This document shows positions 37,370 to 49,391 of a DNA stretch of 49,391 bases, in pieces. Each line of letters starts with the position of its first letter. Within the stretch, counting starts at the first letter, position 1. The position numbers and the translations under genes are program-made. The stretch comes from Paraspadella gotoi (taxonomy: Eukaryota > Animalia > Chaetognatha). The DNA lies in assembly GCA_051294375.1 (NCBI GenBank), contig CM119270.1:525073-574463 (forward strand). Direction: 5' to 3'. A model generated the notes under the pieces. The model had not been told where the DNA came from, made no database searches, and saw nothing but the letters and a program-made list of their open reading frames with translations.

Positions 37370-37914
37370 TTATCTCTGCTCTTCTTGTGACGAAGTACGG
37401 ATTGAACATAAAGCGTTGCTTTTCTCTTTCTCCCCTCTCTCTCCTCTCTCCTTCTCTCTGCTCTCTTCTCGTCTCTCGGTTCTCTCCTTCTCTCTCTCTC
37501 TCTTTTCTCGTCTTCTCTCGCTAATCGTTCAAGGATAATGATCCCTTGTGTTTAGTTGACTGGAAAAACATTTGTATAAAAATGTTGAGAGGTTTTAAAT
37601 TATTCTAAACCTCGAGTGCGATTTATTATTATTTTTTTTTTTTAAGATGTTTAAAAAACTCTCAGAAACATACCAAATAGACAAAGTTATTAAACAAAGA
37701 ACAATTAAACAAAGTACTAAACAAGGCAGTCGGTTTCAGAATAAACATATTTCCTAAGATTAGCGCCTAGGAGCAGAGATTTGAAGTGAGGTTGAGATTG
37801 AGGGGTGCACGAATCGATGTGCGTTCCAATTGGCGAGTTTGAAAAGACAGAGGTTGTTAGTCCTTTAGTTTCAAACCAGAGTGTAGAGGGTAAAGAATGG
37901 TTAGCTATTATTTC

Positions 37915-39596
37915 AAACAAGTTTGGAGCAAACAGTTGTCGGATCTGCCTAAGAGGGTGAATTAGGATTGATAGGTTAATTAATTAATTAATCGATTAAA
38001 ATAATTATATTAATTGTGAGATAGATTATAATTTATATTCAGTCTTCATCATCGATGTCCTTAAAATTGATGTCATGGACGAGTTTGATTAAGATGTGTT
38101 TTTTACATTTTCATCAAACAGAACAAAGTATTCCTCATTTATTTTAATCCCCTTTTTGTTTACCGCTCTGCGTGGTTGCTCTGCGGGTGCGTCTCTGCGT
38201 GCGGTCTCTCGTGCTCTCGCTCTCTCTCTTTTCTCTCTCTACTCTGTCTTGCTGCGCTCTGCTGGCTCGTCTCACTCTCTCTCTTTCTTCTCGTCATCGC
38301 TCTTCTTCCTTCCGGTCGGACCCTTCTTCTCACTCTCTCTCCTCTTCTCTCGTTCTTTCATTGTGGATTTTTGCTAGGTTGCGAGCATTTGCGTGTGCCG
38401 ATCCTTATAGACTTTAAGATTGATTTCTTTGAAACATTGCATCACTTTGGTTTCAAACTTGCATCATTTTTTTTAATTGCATTCCGTTCAAAACTCTTAT
38501 AGATCACGTTCTTCAGACTCACTTTCTCTACCGGCTTCACAAATTTCATCTCAAATTCTATCATGGTTAAAATAAATAAAAAGATTCAAATAAATGTGAC
38601 TCATATATTTTTCATTTAAACTCATTTGCACTGGACGTTTCCACCGAAACTTTATATCAAGCTTCGTCACACATTTTCCTACCCACAGGCACAGAAGATT
38701 TCAACTCAAAATTATCCATCCAATTATGATTAATTTAGAGTATTTTATTGGTTAAAATAAGTTAAAAGATGTTTAGTAAATGCGACTTATGTTTTTTCCA
38801 TTTAAACTAATTTCCACTCACACGATTCCATCGGAAACTTTATATCCAAGCTGTTATCACACACTTTCCTATCCACACACAAATTTTAATTCCACATCCA
38901 ACAAGCCAATCACGAGTGTATGGGCTTTTGCTAAGTGAGACGGATGGAGGATGTTTGACTAATTAAGTTAAGAGATGGATGAGATTGTGATTTACTTAAT
39001 TGATTAATGTAAGCTGATTAATTATTTTGATTTATTAATACATCCTGCATATACATTAACTATAAAAGGAAAAAGAAGCATAATCAATTAGTGAAACAGG
39101 TTTTTTGTTTTTTCCATTTAAAACTCATTCCACTCAAACTATCCATTCGAAACTAGAATTTCTGTTCAAAACACACACTTTCCTACCCACATTACAAAAT
39201 TCCAGGTCAATCAGCCAATCCACTCATGAGTTAGATGTGTGTCAAATAGTGAATATATTTTTTTTGTTTTCCATTTAAACTGATTTCCACTCGGACGATT
39301 CCATCGAAACTTCATATTCCATGCCAATCACACACTTACCTATCCACACACAAAATTTTATTCAAATCCATCCATCCAATCACGGAGTAATTGGTGTTTT
39401 TGCTAAGGTGGGACGGACGGACGGACGGACGGACGGACGGACGGACATCATTTTTTGGCATAATTTATTCATAATTCGATGTTCTGACATGATATAAGTT
39501 AGTGCCCGACAATATTGAGGGGGCGGACCGACGGACCGACAAAAGTGAATTATAGAGTCGGCGGGATCTGCTGATAAGCAGATCCGACTAAAAAAA
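37915..39596 (-). mobile_element. HINE/DINE-1-like element, copy 4 (noisy)
   Basis: Same termini (AAACAAGTTTGGAGCAAAC ... AGCAGATCCGACTAAAAAA) and (GGAC)n tract. Confidence 0.65.
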
Positions 39597-39639
39597 CTAT
39601 GTCTTTAATAAAATCACCGTTAAAATTCACTAAATATTA

Positions 39640-39673
<34 letters not shown>

Positions 39674-39940
39674 TCTCTCTCTCTCTCTCTCTCTTCTCTC
39701 TCCTCTCTCTTCTCTTCCTCTGTCTCTCTCTCTCTCTCTGCTATTCTCCTTCTGGTTGTCATCAAACTTTTTAAACCAAGAATATTTAATCTTTTATTCA
39801 CAAATTAGTGTCGTTGTTGTTTGAAAAAAAAAAAAACAATGGAATTGTTTCTCTCGTATTTCATTTTTTTGTTTTCTGGGACAAACAAATTCTCTCTTCC
39901 CTCTTTTCTCTCTCTCTCTCTGCTCTCTCTCTCTCTCTCT

Positions 39941-39984
<44 letters not shown>

Positions 39985-41239
39985 ATTCTCTCTCTATCTC
40001 TCTCTCTTTCTCCCTCTGCCGACTATGTATATTGCGCTTCATCGATTAGGCAGAATTAGGCTGAAGAGCAGTTGCGATGATATTGATTTCTTGACAGGCC
40101 ATTCGAACCGGAAGAGATAATTAAGTCAAACTTCTGCTCTCTTCTCTTTTTGTTCTCTCTTCTCTCTCGTCTCGTTCTTGCTCGTCATTCTCTCGTCTTC
40201 TTTCTCTGTCTCTCCTAGGTGCCTACATGCCAGTTTGTTTATTTCTCTTCCATCTCCTCTGCTCTTCTCATCTCCTCTCGCTCTTCTCTCGTCTTTCTCT
40301 CTCTCTCGTTCTCTCTTCTCTTCCTCCTCTCTATTTGTCATCCTCTCGAGAGGCGAGATTATTCCCGAAAAACCTCCAAATTGTTTGTCTTTGGTTTCGT
40401 GCGCAACTCGAGACGCCCTCTTCTCTGTCCTCTGGTCGGTCAGCTGTCTCGCGTCCTATCGGATTTAAAGATTTTTGAGAAGAGAGAGAGAGAGAAGAGA
40501 GACGAGAGACGAGAGATGGAGAGAGAGAGAGAGAGAGAGAGAGATCGGCAAATACTCTTCGATCTCAAGATTTCTCAAACTCGTGTCTTTCAATGGATCA
40601 AAGTCTTTCTCTATCGTCTTGCGTGCGTTTGCGTGTAAATGACATGCAATTCGCGCATGCGTGCACGATGGTTTCGACTTGAAAGTGAAGAAAATTAGCC
40701 TCTCCAAAGTCAGAAAGCAAGATGGCTTATTTATTAAATGAAAGGATAATTTTTATACTGTTATACTGTTACCAATTTCAATTTTTAAATTTATAAATCA
40801 TAATCCCTAAATTCAACTTATTTTGCCCAAATTTTCTAAAACCTTCACATTTTGGCTCAAATTCTGAATAAAAATTCAAATCGAAATTAGGATTTAGAAC
40901 AGAAATTGGTTTCTTTCGGAAAATAATTTCAAAATTAAGGATATAAGGATTTTAATATACGATTTTTATCATTTTGGTCTTTTGCGATTTTCCAAAAATC
41001 ATACTTTGTCCTCCACAACTCGTGGCACAAAAAAAGGTTATCAGGTTTCGTTCAAGATCGACACTCGACATTTAATGACTGGAGCCACTTCGCAGGTCCG
41101 TCTGTCCGTCTGTCCGTCCGTCGTTCTGATCAGTTGTACCTTTTTTTGGTCTTTAATTTTTTGAAAACTAAGTTATTTTGATTTCATTATTGAGATTTTT
41201 GGTGTTGAAAATAATACTGGACGTAAATCTTGATTGCTT

Positions 41240-41320
41240 AATTGATTGATTGACTGATTGATTGGTCATTCATTCATTCATTCATTCATTCATTCATTCA
41301 TTCATTCATTCATTCATTCG
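41240..41320. repeat. (TTGA)n followed by (TTCA)n microsatellites
   Basis: Visible. Confidence 0.85.
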
Positions 41321-41606
41321 TTGATTTAAACGAAAAAGGTCACACACAGAGACCTACATAAGCCAGCAAATAAAAAGAAATAATATGATATTACATTATT
41401 ACATCTTAATCAGTTAATGGTTAATTCCACGAAACAAAGTAACACTTCCTGTCCACTTATTAAAAAACTCCCGCGCGATTTTTTCCCGCTAATTGTGTTT
41501 ACAAATCGATTACACATTACGGTCTAGATTCATTGTTTAAAACATGACAAAACTCAAGATGTAAAGTTTGTCGACAAAACAAACATAAGAACAAAGTTTT
41601 TATAGC

Positions 41607-41614
41607 TATATATA
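41607..41614 (+). promoter_or_regulatory. Candidate TATA box
   Basis: TATATATA about 50 nt upstream of the ATG at 41660; the AT-rich background weakens the call. Confidence 0.3.
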
Positions 41615-41659
41615 GACAAAAGACAACAGAAACAAAAAAAAATAATAAAACGTCGAAAA

Positions 41660-41837
41660 ATGAAATTGTTGAATTTCTTCTTGACCATTTTTCTTCCAAC
41701 TTTGATTGGAACTCAAACGAGAGAAGATTGGAAATCTTGTCTCTCCGATGATTTTTGCAAAAAGAACAAGATGGTCATCAATGGAATTGCATTTACAGAT
41801 GGTTGTTGCAAGGGAGAAGGTGAGGCTGTTAATCCAG
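41660..41837 (+). CDS. Exon 1 of a putative small secreted cysteine-rich protein
   Basis: ATG in AAAAATG context; MKLLNFFLTIFLPTLIG is signal-peptide-like; complex sequence with 4 Cys; ends phase 1 at CAG|GTGGGG. Confidence 0.72.
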
Positions 41838-42100
41838 GTGGGGTCTGTTTGTCTGTCTTACTGTGTGAATTGGTTTAATGATTGAAACTGCGTTTACTCT
41901 ACCTGGTTTTCCACTTTTATATATATATCTTAATTTTTAAAATCTAACTATTGTACCACATTTTATCATCACTCAAAGTAAAAGCTAGAAATATGTTTGG
42001 TAAATAATCAAATATTTTTTTAGATTTTCAACTAATGTGATCATCAATAATGATATTGGTACAAACAATATAAAAAATATACAAAGTATCCATTCATTTG

Positions 42101-42239
42101 ATAAATAAGCGATCTTGCCCCTGATTTTGGACAGGCTTTGGCGGTTTAAGGCCTCCATCACTCTTACAAGATAATGACATAAGCTTTCAATCAAGTCTCT
42201 CTCACAGTCTTGTTTAGATTCATTCCCGGAGTACCTGGC
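42101..42239 (+). repeat. Dispersed repeat family X, copy 2 (intronic)
   Basis: Aligns to 26046-26196 with a short internal deletion and substitutions. Confidence 0.8.
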
Positions 42240-42323
42240 TTCCCTATCAATGAAGTAGTATAATATTTCAAAGAATTATTATTCCCTTGCTCAATTCATC
42301 CCAGCGTTTATTTGTTAAGTGAC

Positions 42324-42371
<48 letters not shown>

Positions 42372-42382
42372 GTTTCCTTCAG

Positions 42383-42490
42383 GACTCGTCAGCGGGATGT
42401 GCACCGACGACTGCAACAAAAACTGCAAATCTTTTCTATCTAGAAAATATAAATGCGACGCGAGGACGAATCGAGTCTGGGTTGAAAACT

Positions 42491-42563
<73 letters not shown>

Positions 42564-42588
42564 ATCCGCCCTGGACTTTTGGAATTGA
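42383..42588 (+). CDS. Exon 2 of the secreted cysteine-rich protein (3' end uncertain)
   Basis: (CT)n...TTTCCTTCAG acceptor; phase matches exon 1 (G|GA = Gly); encodes LVSGMCTDDCNKNCKSFLSRKYKCDARTNRVWVENF(V24)SALDFWN*. The spliced product is 127 aa with a 545-nt intron. Confidence 0.68.
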
Positions 42589-45107
42589 CTGGAGCCGAGA
42601 CTTACTGGAGCTGGAATGAAGGGGAGCGTAAGAAGAATGAGTAGCGGAGAATTGGAGCAGAATCGGGGGAATTTTTTATTTTTGATAACATTTGGTATTA
42701 TTCTCAAAACTTATTGTTATTTAATCGTTAACAATGTGAAAAAACGGTGGGGAAGCTATATATGTATATATATATATATATACAATATGTTCATACAATG
42801 ACGTTTACCTTAATTTAGTTAAAATACATAAAAACTCAATGTTTAAAAATATGTTTAGAATTTCAGTTTCAANNNNNNNNNNNNNNNNNNNNNNNNNACT
42901 TTCCAAACTCCACTCGTTCTTTTTAGCTGTTATAGTATTGTCGAAGAATACCATGATAATCATTACAGAATATTATAAGTTTGTCTTAAATGCATTTAAA
43001 GTTTCTAATTAGTAAACAACGAAAACCCCAAAAAATAGAGCCTGAGCCGTTGAAAATTTATTGAGGTGCGAGGGTAATGTGATGATGGGATTGTTATTAG
43101 TTCTTTAAGTAATGTTTAAATCTTAGAATGTTACATCGGTTTCGTACGGTCGTTTTGAACCAGAGTAGACCGAAATGATTCGTATTGATAATTTATAAAT
43201 TGGAATTTCCTAAAAAGAATCATAAAATTTTTTTTTTTGCTTCTCTTAGCTACTGCTTTCCTATGTTTAAAACACTTGTAATGATAAAATTCATTCATTA
43301 AAAATATTCTCCGCATTTTATAGGATATTGCACAAAATTCTTTAATTCAATTTACTGATTTTCTTCGATTGGGATGGTTTTTGAAACCTATGATTTAAGC
43401 CGAGTCGAAGGTGTACTTTAATTCGTCTTAATTCCAAGTTGACTTTTATAATATATTTGATTACGGCCAACTGATTTAGTCGTTCCTATTATGGTTAGTA
43501 ACGTTTGCTAGCCCTCCTACTGCTATCAAGGAATATTCAACCAAAATTTTGGGAAAACGCTGTTTTTTTATTAAAATAGCGGAGTGATATATTGAGGTTG
43601 GTCCGATTTGATTTCTTTTTTTTTTACATGTTTGTTGCGCTGATAGGGTCTTTATATATGGTGGCCTACGTAAAAAGTTACGGCCATATATATATCTATA
43701 TTATTTACCTAGTTAAATAATTTTGTGGCGTTAATGATTTTTTCAAAAAAGAATTTTAAAATATATCATATAAGAAGTTAATGTTGTATATTTTAAAATT
43801 TTTTGTGGGGGGGTGTGAAAAGAATTGTGGCGTTTAAAATGGCGTGATACATGAACAAACAAACATAAAATATTATCTAATTCATGTGGCGTAAAGACTT
43901 TTTGTTAATTGTTCTAGTAAAAAAAACTAGCTCAGTTAAGTTGATTAAAATATTCTTCCAGGCCTTTATTGGTATACAAGTTGGCGTAGAATGCGGGTAG
44001 AAGAATGCAATCATAAAACCAATATTGGGGAATATCATTAATTTGTAGCGCGTAAAAAACCTTTTTTTCATTTTTCCAAAATGAAAGCTATTGAAGTTAA
44101 CGATGCTTGGCGTCTTTTAGGAATGGCGTAACTTGACGCAAAACTGCGACCACTTTATCCCCTCATCTCTTTCCCTTTCCTCCCTTTCTTTTCTCTTTTA
44201 TGTTTATACAATCTTCCGAGTTGCTAAGTTCGATTACTTTTCGGTTTGATTCTTTGAATACAACGAAAAAACGGATACCGAAGAATATAAACTCGAATCA
44301 TAGCATAAAAAATGAAAACAGAAGATTATACGCAACGTAAAGAGTCAGTGGGTGACCAATTGTATTAATATAGTACAAGAAAATTGTGGATCAACAAGTG
44401 GTCCTTGAGGTGTATAGTTGAAGCTTGAGTTAGAAAAAGACTGAGGAAAAGATATTACCCTTATCAATAAATTATACGTGTATCATGTATAATTTAGCAA
44501 AGGAGGAAATTTGTGTGTAGGCAGAAAAAAGCATAGATAAATCTGAGATCATACATAAATAATTATATCAGTTTCATACATATTTGATGGATTACATAGG
44601 CCTTAAGTAGGTTGACAAGTAGAGAAGATGAATATAAAATGGACTATGCCCAGAAACTCTGCTGCGCGGCATTTATTGCACGCATCATATTTTGGGAACA
44701 TCTAAGTGAGTCAATATTCTTGAGGGAGGAAAACCATTGCATCTCCTTGTAACCAGAGTGTTAGCTGAGGGAAATCCTATGTTTTTGCCGCACAATAAAA
44801 ATACATATTGCCTGTTTGTACTCTTCCAATATTTTTCTCTTATTTGAAAGATTTCTTTTCGCGTTTTAGTTAGACTTTACCCTTACATAGCAGAAAACAT
44901 CTCTATAAATTTTCCTGGGTGGCTCGATTTCGATTAAATTTTTAGCTTTTGGGTACCGCATCGGACGTGGAATTATGTCTGTGTAACTAATTTAAAATGT
45001 TCCGTTAAAATCGCGTCCATCGCGTTTTTGAGAGAAGGGTTATGGGCAAAAAACGACGAAAAAATAGCGCTCCGAGGGAATCAACTTTTCGCCGAATGCT
45101 CAACCGA

Positions 45108-45274
45108 AGTCACTTTTCGGTCGGTCGGTTCGTCGGTCGGTCGGTCAGTCGGTCGGTATGTCTGTCCGTTGGTCTTTCCCACTTAAGTTAAAAATGCTTA
45201 TAACTTGCCTATAGTTTGTAGCTCATTTGTTAAAAATCAAATCTAGGTGACTACTGGCGCCGCCTTTTGTTTTT
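45108..45274 (+). mobile_element. Short HINE-like fragment of a different family
   Basis: TCACTTTTCGG followed by a (TCGG)n microsatellite, ending in a small stem-loop GGCG-C-CGCC and TTTTGTTTTT; same layout as the HINE above. Confidence 0.4.
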
Positions 45275-46330
45275 AATGATAAGTAAAAAGAAAAGTAATG
45301 CGGCGCAACACCTTAGAATAACCGTCCCTTGTTTTTCCTTTCTGTTCCTTTCTTCTTTTTTTTCTTTTTTCTTTTGCTCTCTTTTTCTATTTTGTTCTTT
45401 CTTTTTTTCTTTTTTCCTTGACTCCTTTTTTAAGGTTTTTTTTTNNNNNNNNNNNNNNNNNNNNNNNNNNNNNNNNNNNNNNNNNNNNNNNNNNNNNNNN
45501 NNNNNNNNNNNNNNNNNNNNNNNNNNNNNNNNNNNNNNNNNNNNNNNNNNNNNNNNNNNNNNNNNNNNNNNNNNNNNNNNNNNNNNNNNNNNNNNNNNNN
45601 NNNNNNNNNNNNNNNNNNNNNNNNNNNNNNNNNNNNNNNNNNNNNNNNNNNNNNNNNNNNNNNNNNNNNNNNNNNNNNNNNNNNNNNNNNNNNNNNNNNN
45701 NNNNNNNNNNNNNNNNNNNNNNNNNNNNNNNNNNNNNNNNNNNNNNNNNNNNNNNNNNNNNNNNNNNNNNNNNNNNNNNNNNNNNNNNNNNNNNNNNNNN
45801 NNNNNNNNNNNNNNNNNNNNNNNNNGGTAAGAAAAAAACAAGGCGGAGGAAAGAAAAGGAAAAAGGAGTTAAGGAATAAATTGAAATAAAGCGAAAAATG
45901 GAGAAAAGAAAAAGAGGAAAAAGAAAAAAGAGAAAAGAGGAGGAATGAAAGAAAAAAAGGAGGAGGAATAAAGAAAAAGAAAAAAAGGATGAAAAAGAAA
46001 AGAAAGAAAAGAAAAAAATAAGAAGGAGAAATGAAGAAAAAAAAACGAGGAAAAAGAAAAGAAAAAAAAGAAGAAGGAGGAATGAAGAAAAAAAAACGAG
46101 GAAAAAGAAAAGAAAGGAGGAGGAAAGAAGAAAAAGAAAAAGGAGGAAAAAGAAAAGAAAGGAGAAGGAAAGAAGAAAAAAAAATGGAAAATTGATGAGG
46201 AAATTAAGAAAAGAGATAAAAGAAAAGAGAAGAAGAAAATTAAAGAGAATTAAATGGAATCTCCCACTGACGGGTTTTTGCGCAAAGGGAGAAAAATTCC
46301 ATCGCAAGAATAAGAAAAACAATCTCGCTC

Positions 46331-46397
<67 letters not shown>

Positions 46398-46490
46398 TTT
46401 TGGGACTAAAATGGAATTTTACATTTTGTTTGTATTTTTTTTGTGTTTTTTATTCTTTGAAACAATATAGCGCTTTATTGTTAGAGAAGT

Positions 46491-46608
46491 CAGGTACTCT
46501 TAGATTGAAAGCTTGCAGGGACCTGTTAAGTAGAGCTTATTGAAAGTCACTAAGTTATTATCCTGAATGAGGTCTGTCTAAAGTAATGGCCAAGATAGCT
46601 TATTTATT
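46491..46608 (-). repeat. Dispersed repeat family X, diverged copy 3
   Basis: Reverse complement has AATAAATAAGCTATCTTG..ACTTT.GACAG and CAGGTC.CT.CAAGCTTTCAATC..GAGTACCTG. Confidence 0.55.
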
Positions 46609-46818
46609 GCTTTTTTTTCATTATCTTTATTTCTTTTTTTCTGTCTGTCTTTTCCATTTTTTTTTCTTTATTCTTTTTTTTTCAGAATTTTATCTTCGGC
46701 TTAATATATTTTTTTCGCTACATTTTAATAAATCTAAACAAAATCGCTTTCATAAAATATTAAAGCTGCGGATCCCAAGAGGTGGGTCTTACTTGGATGG
46801 GGAAAGTAGAGGACATTG

Positions 46819-46854
<36 letters not shown>

Positions 46855-47187
46855 NNNNNNNNNNNNNNNNNNNNNNNNNNNNNNNNNNNNNNNNNNNNNN
46901 NNNNNNNNNNNNNNNNNNNNNNNNNNNNNNNNNNNNNNNNNNNNNNNNNNNNNNNNNNNNNNNNNNNNNNNNNNNNNNNNNNNNNNNNNNNNNNNNNNNN
47001 NNNNNNNNNNNNNNNNNNNNNNNNNNNNNNNNNNNNNNNNNNNNNNNNNNNNNNNNNNNNNNNNNNNNNNNNNNNNNNNNNNNNNNNNNNNNNNNNNNNN
47101 NNNTTTATTTGTAATGCTCAAAAATATGACAGTTAACACATTAACAATACATGTTGTTACAGAGCGGAGAGAGAGAGAGAGAGAAAG

Positions 47188-47218
<31 letters not shown>

Positions 47219-47249
47219 GCGGTGTAATTATGTATTCATCTAATTAACT

Positions 47250-47284
47250 TATTAATTTATTTATTTATTTATTTATTTATTTTT

Positions 47285-47319
<35 letters not shown>

Positions 47320-47324
47320 CTTTT

Positions 47325-47355
<31 letters not shown>

Positions 47356-47376
47356 TTTGTTTATTTGTTTTTTTGT

Positions 47377-47415
<39 letters not shown>
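47250..47415. repeat. (TTTA)n microsatellite
   Basis: Visible. Confidence 0.9.
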
Positions 47416-47416
<1 letters not shown>

Positions 47417-49359
47417 TTAACTAATATTTTACGCTCAGTGAAATACAATCCCATTCATTGTATCCCGAGAGTTAGAACTCCGTAAATGAATGAGATTAGA
47501 GATGCGCATCTTTGAATCGAAGCTTACCGATACAAGTTTCCTTATATATTTTCACTTCTAATTCAACAAACGCATAGTCAAGGCCAAAACAAAATTATGA
47601 ATCAATATGGCAGATTTTGAAAGCTTGGCGTCTTGGGGAAGCCAACTGGAAGGATCGTAGAAAGCGCGATCAAAATTTCATTTTTATCATGCCCAAAAAT
47701 AGGTATTTAAATAGGTATTGAGGTCAGCGCCGTTTTCCCATATTCCAGAGAAAACCTCCTGGCTCCTTGAGTAAAAAAGACCAAATCGCAATACATCATC
47801 AGTACAGTTTCCGAAACCTATTGTTTTTCTATCTACCATGAAGTGAAAAAAAAGCGAAAGATTACAAATTCCTGTGCAATCTTACGATTGCTGATTAATA
47901 GCAATCAAAAGAACTGCGTTTTTTAGGTTGAAAAACTGCGATAGTCACAGCCTTCATTTTTTTCAAATTTACAACACAGATTGACAGAACACTGTATTGC
48001 ATTTTACTATAATCAAGATCAGTAGACGCCGGCTCTAATTCAGAAGCAGTCTTTCTCAATATAATAGCAAAATTAAAAAAGATCACATAATAATACTTAT
48101 TAAAAACAAATAATCGAATACGCCACAGTGTGCTTGTGACTCCAAATGCTAGAAAAAAATTATTTTTAAATTTATTTATTATATATATAATATATAAAGA
48201 ATATTTATAATAAATATAATCTATAGTATTGAGAATGAATATTTTTTATTAATCCGAGAAAGGTAGTACGTAATATATTAAAAGTTATATATGCTTAAAA
48301 ATTATATTTTTACATTAAAAATTAGGCTTAGATTTTTCATAAACGTGCGCACTTTTATTGTATCATTGTCATAAATTAAAAAATATAAAATAAAAATTTT
48401 AACTTGATTTATAATATATAATCAAACTTATATTAACTTACTAATAAATCAAAAAAAAATTAATTTTTTATTTTAATAATAATAACAAATAATAATAATA
48501 ATAATAATCATAGCTAATAATAAAATAATTAATATTAAATAAAATATAAATATTTTTTTATTTTCATTAATTATATTGTATTATTTTATTATTATATTAA
48601 GTTATCATCTATATAATCTATCAATTAATATATATATAATTTTATTTTTATTTATTTAAAATTATATAAAACTATTACTTTTAATTTATTTTAATATTTA
48701 AATAAATTTTTATAAAGAAAATATTTTTATAATATATATTATAAAAATTATTTTTAACTGAACGGAGTTCTTTGAAAAATTCAGGCCAGGATCCAGCTGT
48801 GCAGATGCTTCTAAAGCTTAGTACTACGCATAGTACTAATCTTTGTTGGATCAAAACGAGCTCGATTTTTAAGCAAAGTTGATCGGATTTGCAAGAGCGA
48901 TATTTCGCGAATTGCTTTTTGGCGATTATTACTTGTAGAACGGCATTGTCGGAATTATTGACTGAAATTATGCATGTAAGATAAATCGTTTGCAATGTCA
49001 TGGTCTATACGAACGCTACCAAATTTTGATTATGAAACAATGAATGTTGTTGAGGAAACGATGCTCTATCCCCAATTGAGATAAAACTGACGACGTGATT
49101 TCCGTGATTCCCTCTCATTCGATTTTCACGTATTTCCTCTGTGATCAAGTTCACCAATTCGTCTTCACGTGACCCTGAAAGGATTCTGACCTCGATTCAC
49201 AGTCTGCATTTTCCGTCGTGATGATTCTGTGAAGAATAGAGTCACCTTCGAGATCGCTCTTTCAAATTGTTGTTGTCGTCGTTGTTAAAATCTTAGCTTC
49301 TTGATAGATGAAGCCTTTTTGATCTCTTTGGTTGATCTATTCACTCGATTATTTCTCTT

Positions 49360-49391
<32 letters not shown>

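Larger units (their letters stand above)
26860..39990 (+). repeat. ~3.6-kb unit repeated: 27331-30940, 30941-34400, 34480-35579 (partial), 35605-39990 (includes the homolog of 26860-27220)
   Basis: Colinear anchors (CATAAACTCAAATCTTAAGAAACG, CCCTAGGGGCGCCACCCC, HINE termini) recur in order. Confidence 0.9.
1064..47103. other. 15 assembly gaps; five are exactly 25 N (7976-8000, 27223-27247, 31443-31467, 35580-35604, 42873-42897)
   Basis: Counted directly; most gaps are flanked by simple repeats. Confidence 0.97.

Noticed and set aside
44340-44830. Complex non-repetitive block as a third exon or TE remnant
   Set aside because: No ORF, splice pair or recognisable motif found by eye.
953-47227. 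Dozens of ORFs rich in SL/ER, F/K, V/S/R or X
   Set aside because: They are translations of (CT/AG)n, poly-T/A and (CGT)n tracts or N-gaps that lack stops by composition.
49100-49340. Possible minus-strand coding sequence at the window end
   Set aside because: All three frames hit stops within short distances and there is no clear acceptor.
1-49391. tRNA, rRNA or snRNA genes; species identification
   Set aside because: No recognisable conserved motifs; there is no marker gene to place the organism beyond probable invertebrate animal.

Overview
AT-rich eukaryotic draft-assembly sequence, most likely an invertebrate animal given the BEL/Pao and Helentron-type repeats. It has 15 N-gaps and is saturated with (AG)n, (CGT/GAC)n and other simple repeats, so most listed ORFs are low-complexity noise. 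Best-supported content: (1) a 5.6-kb LTR retrotransposon (17216-22853) with near-identical LTRs, a 5-bp AGTTG target-site duplication, a polypurine tract, BEL/Pao triple zinc-knuckle Gag and a DSG protease, but no visible RT/RNase H/integrase; (2) a two-exon gene for a small secreted 8-cysteine protein (41660-42588), which as spliced ends in a microsatellite-encoded 24-valine tail; (3) a Helentron-associated (HINE/DINE-1-like) non-autonomous element carried in a ~3.6-kb repeated unit; (4) a palindromic MITE-like element, a dispersed repeat, several mini/microsatellites and a few orphan exon candidates. The large direct and inverted duplications (1.3-14.8 kb and 26.9-40 kb) differ mainly by indels and the direct ones abut or contain 25-N gaps, so they are probably long-read gap-filling artefacts. 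No rRNA, tRNA or CRISPR array was recognised. All alignments were done by eye.
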